From assembly GCA_021432655.1 (NCBI GenBank), contig MU271298.1, positions 7,532-58,153 of the forward strand: 50,622 bases of DNA. Direction: 5' to 3'. Position 1 is the stretch's first letter; the number at the start of each line of letters is the position of its first letter. Positions 12,181 through 25,870 of this stretch are shown here, one piece after another. The stretch comes from Atractiella rhizophila (lineage: Eukaryota). The notes beneath the pieces were generated by a model. That model had not been told where the DNA came from. It made no database searches and saw nothing but the letters and a program-made list of their open reading frames with translations. Position numbers and translations under genes: made by a program.

Positions 12181-15113
12181 CCGTCAAGACCCTCAGCATA
12201 CCTTTCACGCTTTTGAGATGTCACTGGTACAAAGGACATGACAAAAGAAGTTGACAAATGCATGGTTTGTCACTCACAGATTTGTGATAGTGATTGAACT
12301 GATGTCTTTCTAGAAAGCTCAGACAAACAAGCAGTCGACTCTTGCCTCGGATGACAGCGGCAATGTGACAACAGCTGACAACTTCCCTCCTGCTGACAAG
12401 CCGTATGTCATCAGGGTCTATTGCGCACTCTGGACCGCTACAGCCAGTAGACCTTTCGAGATCACCCGTGACAAATACTTCACCCGGCTCTTACACAGTG
12501 TGCACCGAGTCAGCAGTACTCACAATCCCATCCCGATCCTCAGCAAATCTCAGCAGATGCTAAAACATTGCATGAACGCATGAAGGCCCACATCAAGCGA
12601 AGTCTTGTGGTCCGCTATTTCTTTTTTGCCTTCATTGTAATGTACTGACCATTGTGGTGTATCTACATAGACACTCCAGTGCTGCAAGTACGGTCCAATT
12701 TCACTCGATGGCTGGACCTCTCCTCATGGCTTTAGCTACATTGCGGTCATATTCCACTATGATGACGGTGGGAATATGAAGCAGATCAGGCTGGGTTTCA
12801 TCAGGTCCACATATTTGTTTCCTTTGTTTTCAGTTTATTTACTTATCCTATCCATGGAATAGAATGAAGGATTCCCATCCAGGATTCAACATGGCTGCAG
12901 CGGTATTTGAGCTTTTGGTTGAGTTTGGCCTCCAATCAAAGGTAACGTTACTCTATTTTCCTTTCATCCGCTGATATCGCTCTTAGGTCTTTGCTGCAAT
13001 CAGTGACAATGCATCCAACAATGATACATTTGTTGATTGCCTCCAGGATTATAGTGGCATGCATGCATTCCGTGGCACTCAAACAAGGGTGCGGTGTTTC
13101 AACCACATCCTCAATCTTGTAATGAAGGTACACATTATTCATGACCCCTTGTGTTTGTAACATGATGCAACCATAATACCTTTTGCAGGCATTCTTCTCC
13201 CCATTTGAAAAGCCAGTTACCAAAAAAAGCAACAAATGTGCGGGCTCTGAACATTAAAGAGCCAGATGATGTGGCTCTTGCTGAGCTGGAAGAAGAGATT
13301 GAGATTGCCTTCCAAGACAAGTTAGCAAAACGAGGTAACTCTTGCCCTTGTTTGCCTTCTGCCACTTACGGTACTGGCTCATCCATAGACAAAGATGCTC
13401 AGGAGACAGATGAAGCGGTGATTCTTGAAGAAGCTGAAGAATAGCGACAAGCGAAGATCAAGCCGACAGACAAGGAGTTGAAGACAGCTCGCTTTACAAT
13501 ACTAAGGTTTGTTCCACTTCTTTTCAACACATTTTGCTTGTTTACAAGAAGAAAACAGCTTACAGCTCTTGCAAGACGTGTACGAGACTCATCCGAACGT
13601 TTGGGAGCCGAGCTGTCAGAGGCGGTAAAGCGACAACAAGAACGAGACCCAGATGGCCCTCTCAAAGATGTTGATCCTGAACTGAAGCTTATTCGGCATT
13701 GTCCGACTCGATGGAATGGTAAAGGTGATATGATTGAACGAGCTCTACTCTTGGAGCCAGGCATCACTCAGCTAACAGAAGTTCCGTTAAATGGTTTGGA
13801 AAAATGTCGGCTGACTATGGCGGAATGGACAATCCTTAAAGAGATGAAACCGACCTTAAATGTAGGTTTCTCTCTTATTCCCACAGCTGTTCTCATGGAT
13901 TCATTCTGTAGTTGGCAAAGACCATCACTCTTTAACAGTCGAAGGCTAACGTCTCCCATATAGGAGAAATCATCGTCCTTTCCAATAACCTTGGCCAACA
14001 TCTTTCGACTTTGTATGAGCCAAAAGCAGATGGTACCAGACCAAAGGTAAACAAGTCGATTCAAGCTGGTGCAGAGTTGACACACAAAGTGCTAGATAAG
14101 TACTACACGAAATGTGCAGACAAATCAGACATTTATCCTTGGGTTATAGGTAAAACTTTCATTCTAAGTCTTCTCGCTCCCTTTTTAGAATGCTGAGAGT
14201 ATTGATGTCAGCTGTTCACCCTCAGCGACGAATTGAGTATCTGTGTTGCCTTGGATGGGATGAAGAAGTGGATATCAAGCCTCCGATGGACAGGTTGGTC
14301 AAATTCTGGGAAGAGTTCTATAAACCAAAGAATATATGCACTGTGACCCCAATGGGGATTGAGCTTGCACTCCAGCAAGTTCGTCCACTTTTTCTAATCG
14401 ACTGCCATTTTCTCATTGGCTCTTATTTTGTCAATGAAGGCCAACTTATCTCTTGCGGAGTATGATCCACAATTAATGGCCAGCTTTCAAAATCCTCGGA
14501 GAGCAGCTGATGAGGCTAACCATGTGAAGGAGTTTGTTGAAGCATCAGCAGATTCTATGTGGGTTTGTGAGAAGGAGGATGTTGAGGTCGTGAACTTTGT
14601 GCAAATTGACCCACTTCAGTACCATTATAACAAGTGGGACGCATGCTCAGAACCGGTCCTGAAAAGCTTCCATCAAATGTGCATGGACATATCTGCTGTC
14701 CCATGTAAGTGATTCAGCCAATTGTCCTTCCTTCTAACATATCTCTTAGCAACCTCCACTAATGTTGAATGTGAGTTCTCAGATGGACGCCAGATTGCAT
14801 CATATTTGCGGCTCTCCATGTCAGATATGACCTTTCGCTCTCAAATGATGCTCCGTCTTTGGGATGAAGCTAAAGTGCTCCCGCCACTTAAGGAAATGGT
14901 TCAGATGTTAAAGGAGGAGAGGGTGGATAGGTTGGAGCCACAACAGAGGGACGGCAATTGAAGACATAACTAATCGTCAATCTCATGTCTGGTGCTGATT
15001 ATTTTGCGTACAATTACCCCGTCACGGGGAGCGCTTACGGGGGAAGGGAAGGGGATGGGTTGACTTTTTAAACCTCAAACCCAGCAGGAGTTACTTGATT
15101 GATGCACCCACTG
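12180..15113 (+). mobile_element. hAT DNA transposon remnant (spliced transposase plus 3' end)
   Basis: DGWTSP, DNASNND, RVRCFNHILNL, CPTRWN, EW.IL, AVHP and the hATC motif DISAVPATSTNVECEFS. Followed by subterminal ACCCCGTCACGGG repeats and a probable TIR ending ...TGCACCCACTG at 15113. Confidence 0.85.
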
Positions 15114-15280
15114 CCACAGGTGAAGTAGCGTGATGGTGATAGTGTGAAGTATTGAATGACGATGTACGAAACATACCCCGTTATGCCCTCTTTGGAATAC
15201 ATGTGTTGTTGTTCCTTGAATTGCAAGAGTTTATGTCAACTTGATACAATGGCCAACTGTGACTACATCTACGAGGGCTG

Positions 15281-15431
15281 TGTCAGGATTTGAGCACGTC
15301 CGTTGCCACCATGCGGCGCACTTATTCGTGAACATTCTAGACTTACTGTGATTACCCATTTTGCCACCTGTCTTGAAGTATATAAAGCCATTCTTCACCT
15401 CATTGTAATTTCATTCTATTCAGCCCTGACA
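15281..15431 (+). mobile_element. LTR-like sequence (151 bp)
   Basis: TGTCAGG...CCTGACA inverted ends with an internal TATATAAA. No TSD; preceded by a short purine-rich GAGGG. Confidence 0.55.
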
Positions 15432-18145
15432 ATAGAATCAACAGGCTGACGATGAGATGGCTACTCCTTCCAATTCCTTGCCTCCAACGACTTGTCATTT
15501 TGGTCGAGAGCATAACAGGTTGTAGTGAACAGTGTATCTGGGGTTGGCGAGATCGTGCAGCCGGAGGGTTCTGAACAAGATGGGAGCAATTTAGGTGGCA
15601 AGCTGGCCTAGCATGAACATTCGATCAATTAGCGGTGACCGTCAGAAAAATATACACTCTCTCTCCTTCATAAATTTCACAATGAAATGCTCATCTGGCG
15701 GTGAGGAGGGCAACATATCAGCGGGGCTGTTCTCGTTCCGTCGACAGATTGTGACAATGTTTGATATTACTTCGATCTGAAGGTCCATGGTATACTCGAT
15801 GGACTTTGGCTCACTTTTCCCTGGTGCCCCGTTTTGATCAGAGAAGATTAGAGGAAACGAAACACACGGCATCAATGTTTGGGCTATGCTTCAACCTGCT
15901 TGCCATGAATTTGTCATGTTACTCCAATTCTTTTCCCGATTCTGCCTGATCAAGGAGACAGGACACAACAAACAACATCCTTTCACTCCATATCTTGTTT
16001 CTTCACCTTGCTGGATCTGACAGGTCTTAAAGAAGTGTTTGGGGATGGCAAGGTGCTTTTTAATCTCTTTTACCTTCCTCATTTGAACTTTGGCCACAAG
16101 CCATTTTTACAGCTCTCAGCGCCTAAGACCCCAAAAGCTGAAGGTTCAAGCATTCGCTACTCCCGGTTCCGCTGTGATACAGCCAAAGGTGCGACCCGAC
16201 GGCCCGCCACGCCAGCGAGTTTACGACGAATTCGAAGTGGGACTGAGTGTTGTGTTTTTCTAGCATTGGGGTTTTGGATGAGGGAGCGGGAATGTATCTC
16301 TTGTCGGTGAGCCATGTTCTCCCACTAAGTCGGAAAGCTATTGTGTATCAAGTTTGCAACAGAAGGATTCCCACATTCTCATCGCTGAGAGACGCTTTCG
16401 CACCTAGCTGGAATGATATCCTGGGCATGTACCCATAATTGTAGTCATTTTGCTTGATCAGCCATACGTTAGAGTCGCAGAAGAGGTTATCTGCTGTTTT
16501 GATCAAGAGAGTAACTTCACGATGAGAACTGCGCGCTGAATAGTAATCCAAGCAGTTTCTCCGACTCGTTGTTGCCTGAGCTCTCGCGGCGTCATATTTG
16601 CCTCAATATCAACGTTCATGTTGTTGGTGTTCATGATTCATCCTGCCATCTCGGATGAGTGGCAATTATTTGTTCCAGAATATTCTCCATCATTCTTGCT
16701 TTTTTGTTTTCTTACTTTCTCTTGAAAGTTCTAGAACAACTGTCTCACAAGTATACAAAGACTGAGAAAAAGAGCAAAATAATAATTGCAGTTTTACACA
16801 ATAACAACACATGTTGAGCGGTTTCGTCAGCCTCATTGTTGGGCTCATGATTGAGTCATCCAGACGTCAGCGAGCGGCGAAGGAGGAGGCGTACAAATCT
16901 CGCATCATGCCTAATGGTAACCATCTCTGCTAGGTAGGATTGATTCCAAACGTGATTAGCATGCACGTCATCAAGTCCATATCCAGATATGTTTATGTTC
17001 ATCGCTTCAACGCCTTTCATGTTTTGACTGCAGATAACTTTGGCAATCTGGGAGCCTTGCGGGTTTCTTCCCCTTCCACCATCATGTGGTTTTAGCTGAA
17101 AGTGGAAATTGTCGAATGCTTGCATTGCCACATAACAAACTGGCACTGAGCTCGAGAAAATCTCAAAGAGATAGGCGGAGGAATCGGATGTGGACAAAGT
17201 CCTCATGTCTGGCGACCCAGAGGTCAGAGGTGGTTCGAGATGTATCCTGTGAGACCCCTTTAACCAGCTGACAACTGCAAGGAAGTGCCAGGAATAATGT
17301 GGCAGAACTCTGCGCTGCGGCTGCAATATCGCTGCCCTTCAACAAGTGAGTCACAGATTACCTTCTCTGCATTTACGTTAAAATATCTTTAGAGCGCAAA
17401 AGTCTTGAAAGAGAGCTACTTGATTAGGTCAATTACCATTCATAACTTTGTCCTGCATTGGTTACTGCGTAATTTACTCCAAACCTCGTCGACGCTCCAA
17501 CCTATCGCTCAATCCAACTTAATACAATGGTCGACGCGACATGCCGAACTTCCACAGGGTTGCTACTTGATCCAATGTCATAAGTATGGTGGAGAAGCGA
17601 GGTGGTCACATGCTAGCTTCCTCGCCCAGGTAGTTGTATATTCAGTCCCACTTTCAAGACTCGGCAGCCTGTGTCCTCCATTCAGATTCAGTCCATCCAC
17701 ACTGCGATCCCCGCCTCGTGCACCAGCAAGGGTCCCATCTGTATCGGCAACGACAAATGTACCTTCCTTGAAAAAGTGAGGCGACGTCGGCACTTTGGAG
17801 TCGTTGCTCGGTACAGCTGCAGTATGGATGCACCTGGAGCCGGATGGTTTCAGCTGTCAATTGTGCAAACATGCTCCTCCCACTAAAGCCGGTAACCCAC
17901 CGGATCACCATCTCCTCGCTTCGCTGTGCTCAAGGTTTCAAGTACTCCGAGCTAACAGAAGAGATGACTTCCCATCCAGCGATGAGAAATCGTGATGTCG
18001 ATGGTGGGATGACCGCATGCCTACGCCCTCGACTGCATGAGGGAGCCGGAGCATGGTTCTTCTATTTTTCCTCGTAAGCAGGCAAAAATGCATAAAAAGT
18101 GACTCTCTTGCCTATTCTGCAGCAATGCAGCTAGCAAACGGCAAC

Positions 18146-19127
18146 ATGGTGTCTCTTCGCTCTCTTATCAGCGTTTTCTCCATCCTCATAGTCAGCAGCG
18201 GCGCTCCGTCTGCTGACGCTGCCTCCAAACTGGAAGAGCGACAGGGCTGCACCGCAGTGAGGATAATGTGCACGTTACCCTGCACCTCAGTTTTCTCACG
18301 TATACTGATACATGGGAACAGCGCTGCGAGGGTCAGATGAAACCATACCTGAGCGACTTGGAGCAGTAGAGAACGCCATCCATGGCCAGACCAGGCAATC
18401 TGTTACCATCTACAACGTGCCTTACCCCGCTAGCGGGGCGAATTACAACCAGTCTGAATCTCAGGGAGTCGCATTGCTGAGAGTGCAATTGGTGACTGCG
18501 AAGGCCAGTTGCCCTGTGCAAAAATATAGATTTCTCATCAATCATTTACCTACTACTGATCGAAGATTAGATCGTCGTCATGGGTTATAGTCAAGGAGCG
18601 CAGGTGGTAGCTGATGTGCTACAATCGAGGAGCACGGGAACAGATCTCAGTAAGTTTTTAACAGTTCTTCCTTCACGACGCAATACTTGATGGATGTCGA
18701 CTGGGGTAGTCAAGGCTGCTATACTTTTCGCCGATGTAAGTCTTTCTCCTATTTGTACATAGGATGGACCTATCATGACCAAATTCAGCCAACCCACACG
18801 GCGAATCAACCGTACAACACTGGCACAGGGAATGCAAGGTGCGCAACCCTGCATCTCTCCCTGCAAATCTGACGCGGTCTACTATATACCAGGAGTGGGC
18901 TTTCCCCTCGTGCCCCTGGAGCACTGAATGCTTTCTCGTCCATGCTGCAGAGCTACTGCCTGGTGAATGATCCTGTTTGGTGCGTTCCCACCCCCACCTC
19001 CGCTAATAATTTAGCGAGTGATCCTTGCGATAGCACACGCGGTGGGAACGTCAACGACCATCTCGTCGTCGTCAGCACATACCAAAACTAGGCCGTCGGT
19101 TTTGCTTTGGGCAAGATTGGTGGTTGA
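18146..19127 (+). pseudogene. CE5 cutinase/acetylxylan esterase-family secreted gene, probably degraded
   Basis: Signal peptide, ERQGCTAV, RGSDET, VPYPA, SESQGV, SCP, catalytic IVVMGYSQGAQVVADVL (~18571-18621), VKAAILFAD, QSYCLVNDPV, DHL. Poor or missing splice donors and an in-frame TAG at ~19089 before the natural-looking end AVGFALGKIGG*. Confidence 0.75.
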
Positions 19128-19826
19128 ATTGCCTTTGCAAGTGACTTACGTGCTTCTGTTGCTGCCAGAGGCAGCATCGATGGAGAACTAAATCGCTGTC
19201 TGGATTGTCTAAATATGGCAAATGCAATCATATATGTTCAGATTTGGGCCCAAACTTGTGTCAAGTTGTGTGAAACAATCTACCAGTTGCGGTTGGCGCT
19301 TCGTCCGCGTGTTTGATCAATGGCCTGAATGCAAAAATCAACTTGACCCAGAAAACACTGTACAACATCTCCACTAGAGGTATCTTACTTTAACTAATGC
19401 TCACTGTCAGCAGTGTGATAGCTTGAAAAGGTGTGCCTATGTTATTGCTAGCTAGAGATGTGGAAGAAAGGCTCGATTACACAGTTGGAAGGGAACGATC
19501 ACGACAGCTCTGAAGGTTAAGGTACGTGTTTTTGTTTGTTCCCTTCTTCATTCCAAATTGCATTGAAGACTATCTTTTACCTGCTCAGAAGGCATGCTTT
19601 TCCTTTGCTTGAGTGATTTCTGGCCGCGCTAATTGCTTATGAGCTAAGGAAATAACTTTCTTTGTTTGCAACCATGATTTGTGTGGCCTGTGTGATGAAC
19701 CTCAATTCATGAGTTAGCTCAGGAACAATTTTTGGGTCGATAGGGCTGAATTATCGTGTTTATATGACACTAATGATTACAATGCATTCATAATCCCCGC
19801 ATAATCCTCATACGGGTCCCCAGTGC

Positions 19827-20020
19827 TGTTGGATTTTGCAGTCTACTTTGGTGCCACTCAGTGGCAAAGTTCTTTGAATGTTCTACTACTTTCCATTTGC
19901 CATGGCTGTAAGCTATATAAACACATAGAATTCCATTTCCTGATGCTCATGCATATGCTCATGCGTTTGCAAGAGCTCTGCCAAACGTAACCTAAGTCGT
20001 ACTTACTTCCGCTCCTCAGC
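19827..20020 (+). mobile_element. Truncated solo-LTR copy, same family as 37075-37281
   Basis: Starts TGTTGGATTTTG and shares TGCCACTCAGTGGCAAAG, GCTATATAAACACATAGAATTCC and GCCAAACGTAACC with the 37075 copy. The 3' terminus is missing. Confidence 0.8.
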
Positions 20021-20609
20021 ACGTCGAACTCAGGATTCCTATAGTCCGCTTCGAGCAGAAGACTGGAGGTGACATATGAGGACAGGAAGTCGGAAGTGGC
20101 AGCGCCGTTGAAGGAGGAGACAACGTCCGTGCAGGCGCTTCCCTGGATCTCGGTGGCTCGACTGTGGCGGACTGTCTTCTTTGCATTTTCTTGGTCATTC
20201 TACTTAAGCAAGTCCATCGGCTTCATTCTCTGCACTTTCTGCACTGACACATCCATAACAGGAAGCATTGTCCGGTGTAACTGCTGTGCATCGAAAGATA
20301 GAAACATGAGATAAACTGACAACATCAGCACTTTCTTGGGCAGCATCTATGGTACTATAAGCCCTATCATAGCTCATAGGCATTTTGTCACCTAGGCTCT
20401 ATGGTACACCCTCTATAGTGCTGTAGGAGGGGTGCCCTATGGGCCATATTGCACAATGTCACATAGGGAATGTATATGGATTTGGGAATCCGTCAAACCC
20501 TTGACCCTCCATACCTCCTACCCATAGGGGTTCACTCATCAAGTACGTGGTGGGGTACAGGAAGCTTATCCCAGCTCAGGAACCCATGGGTTTCCCCTCG
20601 TTAACCCAT

Positions 20610-23600
20610 TATGGCTGGCGGTTGGCTCGAGCTCAACTTAACTTTAATTCCTAGCTTTCACTCAGTTTTCACAATTTGTTTGACTAATGGGGCACGAACT
20701 GTTCCCGATCCATGTCTTTGGTTACCGATACCATCATGCTACCAACGTAAGTACCAATGAGTCATCCTTTCAACAGTTGCAGTTGATGCAGCCCGAGTTT
20801 TCCGCCCGCATAAAACAGAAATTTTTTCTGTTTATTTTTTCTGTTTTGTGCAGGCGGAAAAAGATTGGCAAGTCAGGCAAGTCCTCTCCTTATTCCACCC
20901 CATCAGGAGGAAGGAGGTCCATGAAGCCCTGGAAAGAGTCCTTTGGCTGGTTAGGTGGCTGTCAGGTGGTGAGGAGGTGGCGAGCACTCGATAGGTGGAA
21001 TTTCCGGACTCCGAGACTGTTCTCTGGGCACTCAAAGAAGCAATCTGATATGTGAACGAAACGATTGAATTGGAACCTAGCTAGACCACCCTTGTCGTGC
21101 AAGTATCGGGGACGTACACATCGCCCACAACCCTAACAATGTTCACGCTACGAAAATATGTTGCTGCGATAATGATTTTGTGGTGTTGAAGAGTAGTTTG
21201 GCACTCATTGGTGGAGCATCAGGGGACGATTGCCGGAGGCTTGTGGACGCATTGGGGAGATGTTGGACGGCCATGGGAGGAGCGTTGGGGTAGCATTGGA
21301 GAACTATTTTGGATTGATTTGTGGAGGAAGTGGTGGTCATTTTGGAAGCGTTGCGGAGGAGTTGTTCCATGATTGTGTAAGCAGTCTGCTCTGCAAGCAT
21401 TACAGTGTAATCGCCCCATCCTCTCCAAAGGAGATTCCCATGGTTCTTCAGATACAAATCATTGTGCAACATCATACCATTGCATGCATTATAAGGTACC
21501 ACAACCTTCCAGCTCCACCCCTTCACCACCTAGCTTCAATCTTTCCATCCTCTTCATCGCTCTTACCTCCTTCCTCAATCTTCCCCCATCCTTCCTCTCC
21601 CGCATTGATAGTTAAGGTCTTTCATCGCTTGCTCTCGTCCACAATGCGCTGCTTAAATACAAACATGGTCAGTTTGCTCTGCAGATTGAGTCTCAGGTAA
21701 TCTGCTATTAAGGTAGTTTCTCTTCTTTGAAAGATCTGGTAACCCCATTTAATGAGAAAGAGGTGAGCGAAAGTGGTTGAGAAATCATTCCAGGTCGTTG
21801 TGTGGAGAGTACCTAAGCCATTGATAAACAAGATTTTCAAATGAGTACAGGTGCAAAGGCTTAACAGATCAATGAAAGAAGCTTCGTCCGTTGATCATGT
21901 CGGCCAGACAATGCGTCAACAAGATCAAATGATTGAGAAGGACTGTTGACACATGTCATTGATCGTACAGGATCCAGAGTCAGATTCTTGAGAAGATCAG
22001 GGAGCAGAAAGTAATAAGTGCTCGGTTGCAAGCTCTGAACTGCAGAGTGACACGTTTTTGGCAGCAGAACAGTTCTGCCAGGATCCAACATTGTTCAGCG
22101 CAGTGAATCGACGTGACACTTGAACACAAATCAATGATCCATTGAAGTCTCCACCCACCCTTGGCTGATTTATCAACTACAGATGCACTTTTTTTGCCCA
22201 ATTCCACCTTCAATAATCAAGATAAAACATTCCCACATAATATAAGGATTATCACTCTCCCCGCATAAGTTGAAACCCAAGTCGAATTACGTGGAATTGT
22301 CAAAAAAACACATCGAAAAAACTGTTCCTTAAAAGTGAAAATTCGGTGACCAGGAGTAAAAGCGCATCCAGAGTGGGAAAAATCGTCCTTAAACTGACTC
22401 CCTATATCCCTAACACAACAGAAGGGGTTTGACACACATAGGAAAGGCAAGAGCCGTGAAATTGTCGAGTTTGTCGTTTCCGCCTTGTCAAGTTTGTGGT
22501 TGTTTGCATTCTGACATTACATCTCCGACTGCCTCTGTTCTGCTTTCTTCAGGTGTGAAGGAGAACGACACAAGTTTGTCAACCAGCGAGGGAGTGTTAG
22601 GAGGGAATGCAGAAATCAGGTAAATTTTTTGCTAGTCGCTTGCATGAATTGGTTGAAAGAGAGTCCTTAACTTACTGTGGACTGGGTGTCTGTGTGACAG
22701 CAGTCATTATAAGTATGAAGGCACTCTCTGGATATCGCTTCATTCATGCAAGCTTGTTCCTAGTTTTTTATTAAGATGGTGATACCTCCTTCGTGGATTG
22801 ACAACAGAAGCTTTCACGCTATGCTTGCCATGACACAGAATGCTCAGCATCCTCTGTATCACTAACACCTCTCCATTTGTAGTTGAAATCTCACAGAATG
22901 GGCATGTGCTTCTGTGTTGTGCCTTTCCTGCTCTTTTGCACGACGTCAACCACAACTTCAGACCTTCAAACGACCTAGAGAGCTCAGAGACGTTTCCAGA
23001 AGGTGTAGTATACTTTGTGATTCAAGGTGTGTATTTCATCTTCATTGAGGGATAATGGGTGGCTTTAGTCACATGTCAGCATGTCATTGCCATTGCAGTG
23101 TTCTGATGCCCAAGGGTTCACAATGGACGGGCGATCCATGGGCCAACTCCTCTGGTGCTAGCTCAAGCACAATGCTAAGAGCAGCGGCCTCCAGGTTGTG
23201 CTGGAATATCGCTCTTAATTTTTCTGTATCCTTTAGTCAAGGTTATAATAAATTTCTATTTTTACCTTGGAACAGCTTCCACCTCTTTCTTCGCATGACC
23301 CTTTTCGGTTTGTTATGTCCGACACCATTCCTCTCCCTAGCAGTGTGCGTACTCCTTCCCTTGCCTTCTGCTTATTCTCTTATAATTACTGCCCCGTCCT
23401 CCTCATGCCTTCTGCTCTTGCCGCCTACTGCTACTTCGAAAGGCAGCCGTGACACACCTGTGTTCGCTGTCTCGTCGGCACCAGGAAATCGCCTGCATCC
23501 CTATAACCACATCGCATCGACTGCCTATGTCGTAACATGTGGACGTGTGTGGCTTTGACGGATTCATCATGGCCTCGTGATGTGCTTGAGGCCTGAGTTG

Positions 23601-24362
23601 AAAGCTTCTGGTGATGGAAGGACAAAGTTGTGGCATTTGATTTGGATAAATGATAAAAGTTGATTGTATATGTATAACACGTGACCTAAGATTCAAAAGA
23701 CAATAGATAGAATTTGGACAAACTATTTCAACTTGACTTAGAACAAGCACAAATAGACTCATATTCAGAATGGAATGACAAATGAACATCACGAAATACC
23801 ACCTCTTCATTGCAACCATTGTCCACCCCCCATTGTGTCGCGCCAATCATTAAAGGCATCAGACCCGTCATTAGGGAATACAAACACATAAGCAATATTC
23901 AGACTACCATCTACCGTCTCCATTCCTTTAGCAAGTGTCAATATCCTTGATGTTCAAAGACTTCGGAACGCCAAATTTGTCGAACTGCTGCTCTCTCACA
24001 TCTTGCATCTGCATCCCATCCTTCCTCCTTCCCTCCCACTCTCATTTCCTTTCTCCAGCACTGGAGCCTCGATCTAATCGTTGAGTACCAAGCATAGAGG
24101 GGTTAAGCCCTTGCCGAAAGATCTGACGCTTGAATACGCGCTGAAGATTGAAGGAGATGAATCTATCATTTCCATATCCATCGCCCCATTGATCCAAAGC
24201 TAAGGATACGAAGCCAGTACGCAGTCATGGTCACATTTTTTGGTACCTTGTACTACAGTTGCCTACACCTTCGGAACAATTGAGCAGGGTATCTCGTAAG
24301 CTGTCAGACCTTTCACTCAAAACGTAAAGTTAGAATTGAGCTCGAGCCAACAGCCAACCGTA
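20610..24362. mobile_element. Unclassified 3.75-kb TIR element with ~38-bp TIRs and 5-bp TSD CCCAT
   Basis: Left end TATGGCTGGCGGTTGGCTCGAGCTCAACTTAACTTTA; right end reverse complement TACGGTTGGCTGTTGGCTCGAGCTCAATTCTAACTTTA. CCCAT at 20605-20609 and 24363-24367. Confidence 0.75.
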
Positions 24363-25870
24363 CCCATGCACGAAAAGGCTGCTCTGATCAGCTTTAATGG
24401 TTTGGGAACTGGGAACAAGTGCACATTACAGATTGAAGGGGTGCAGCCTTGAGATGGCTGGCCATGCAATGTGAACCAAGTTGTCTTCTAAATATCCTTC
24501 GCAGCGCAAATACGGTTAGCTGTGAGTCCTTTTTCAAAACTACAGGTGTGAAAAAGAGTGCCTGAGAAGCCATAAGAAGAGCCAAACTGAAATGTCAGTA
24601 ATCTCAATGTTTGACATACAAAAGAGTTACGGCAAGCATGAAAGCTCAACTGAAAGCTCGCAGATAAAAGAGAGGAGCCATGCGTCAAAGATCCCTCACG
24701 GAATAAGATGTTGCTGGAAGAGTTAAGAAAGCCGCAAAGGCGAGACATCACTCCTGCTTTGCACCTTGTTGCCGTCAATGCATCTGAGGATGAAGGAAGT
24801 TCACCTCGTCGATCTCCTAGAAAGCACGCTCGAAAGCTTGATAGTGGAAAAAGTCAAAGCAATAATGAGAATTTCAAGTCTTGGACAGATGATGAGATCA
24901 TTGGTGAGCCATCACATGTTTTCTGTATAGTTTCTCTGACAGTTCCAATGCTAGATTTTGATCTCCAGCACTGGGGCAAATCAGCTACAAAGAAGAATTT
25001 GATGCAGCCTAGCACCTACTCTCAGTTTGAAGAGCGACCTATTGTTTGGCGTGGGACTTATGTAAAGAAACAACGAACAGCGCTATTGGCGACTTTTGGG
25101 TCTTCTACACCTTTCTCTGCAAGGAGCACCCTGAAGAGCACAGGTTTGAGTGGGCACAAGATGATCTTTTGACGGGAACGATGCAAAAAAGTGTCAATGA
25201 ATGTCTCAAGGTATATCTTTGTTGTCTGTCTGTATCATCAATGTCTGAAAGTATGGAGAACAGTTTCATGGCATGAGCAAGTCAGTGAAGGAGCAACGAG
25301 CGGTTCTGATGGCCAACAGTGCAAAGGAGCTTTGGGTACAAACCCTTACTCTGGAATGCCATGCTCTCCTTCAATTACTTTACATGGCACTGTGGTGTGC
25401 CCCCTCAGCTCGCCCATTTAACATCACACACGATAAGTACTATCAAGAAATAATCAAGGTAGGGAATAGAGGAACAGGCTGCATTGCTAACCTGGATTCT
25501 CAGAACATTGTGGATGATTGCTCGGTGATCAACGAACTATGTTGAGGGAAAGGTCAGGCAGAAGTTGCAGGTTCGCACTTTTCTCCCTAACATTTCCATG
25601 TGACTGACTATTAGTGCAGTTGATCAATGGCATGTGCAGCATCAGCCTCAATGGCTGGACATCGCCGTGATCCTTCTCATATGTCCTTCTTTACTTGCAT
25701 TATCGCGAAGAAGGAAGGATGAAGAAGGCTGGTCTCGCTATGATCTGGTCAGTGTTGGTAGCTTAACATCTACATGCAATGACTGCTAGCTAGAATCATG
25801 GAATCACATACAGGTGTTGCCATTGCAGAGAGGGTTACAGGGTGCTTGAGGAGTTCGATGTTTGTGAAAA

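Noticed and set aside
15281..15431. Idea that this LTR is the 3' LTR of the Copia gag at 11250
   Set aside because: No matching 5' LTR upstream of the gag and no pol remnant in between.
15450..17990. Several minus-strand coding-like fragments
   Set aside because: Fragmented and not recognisable as any family by eye; needs BLASTX.
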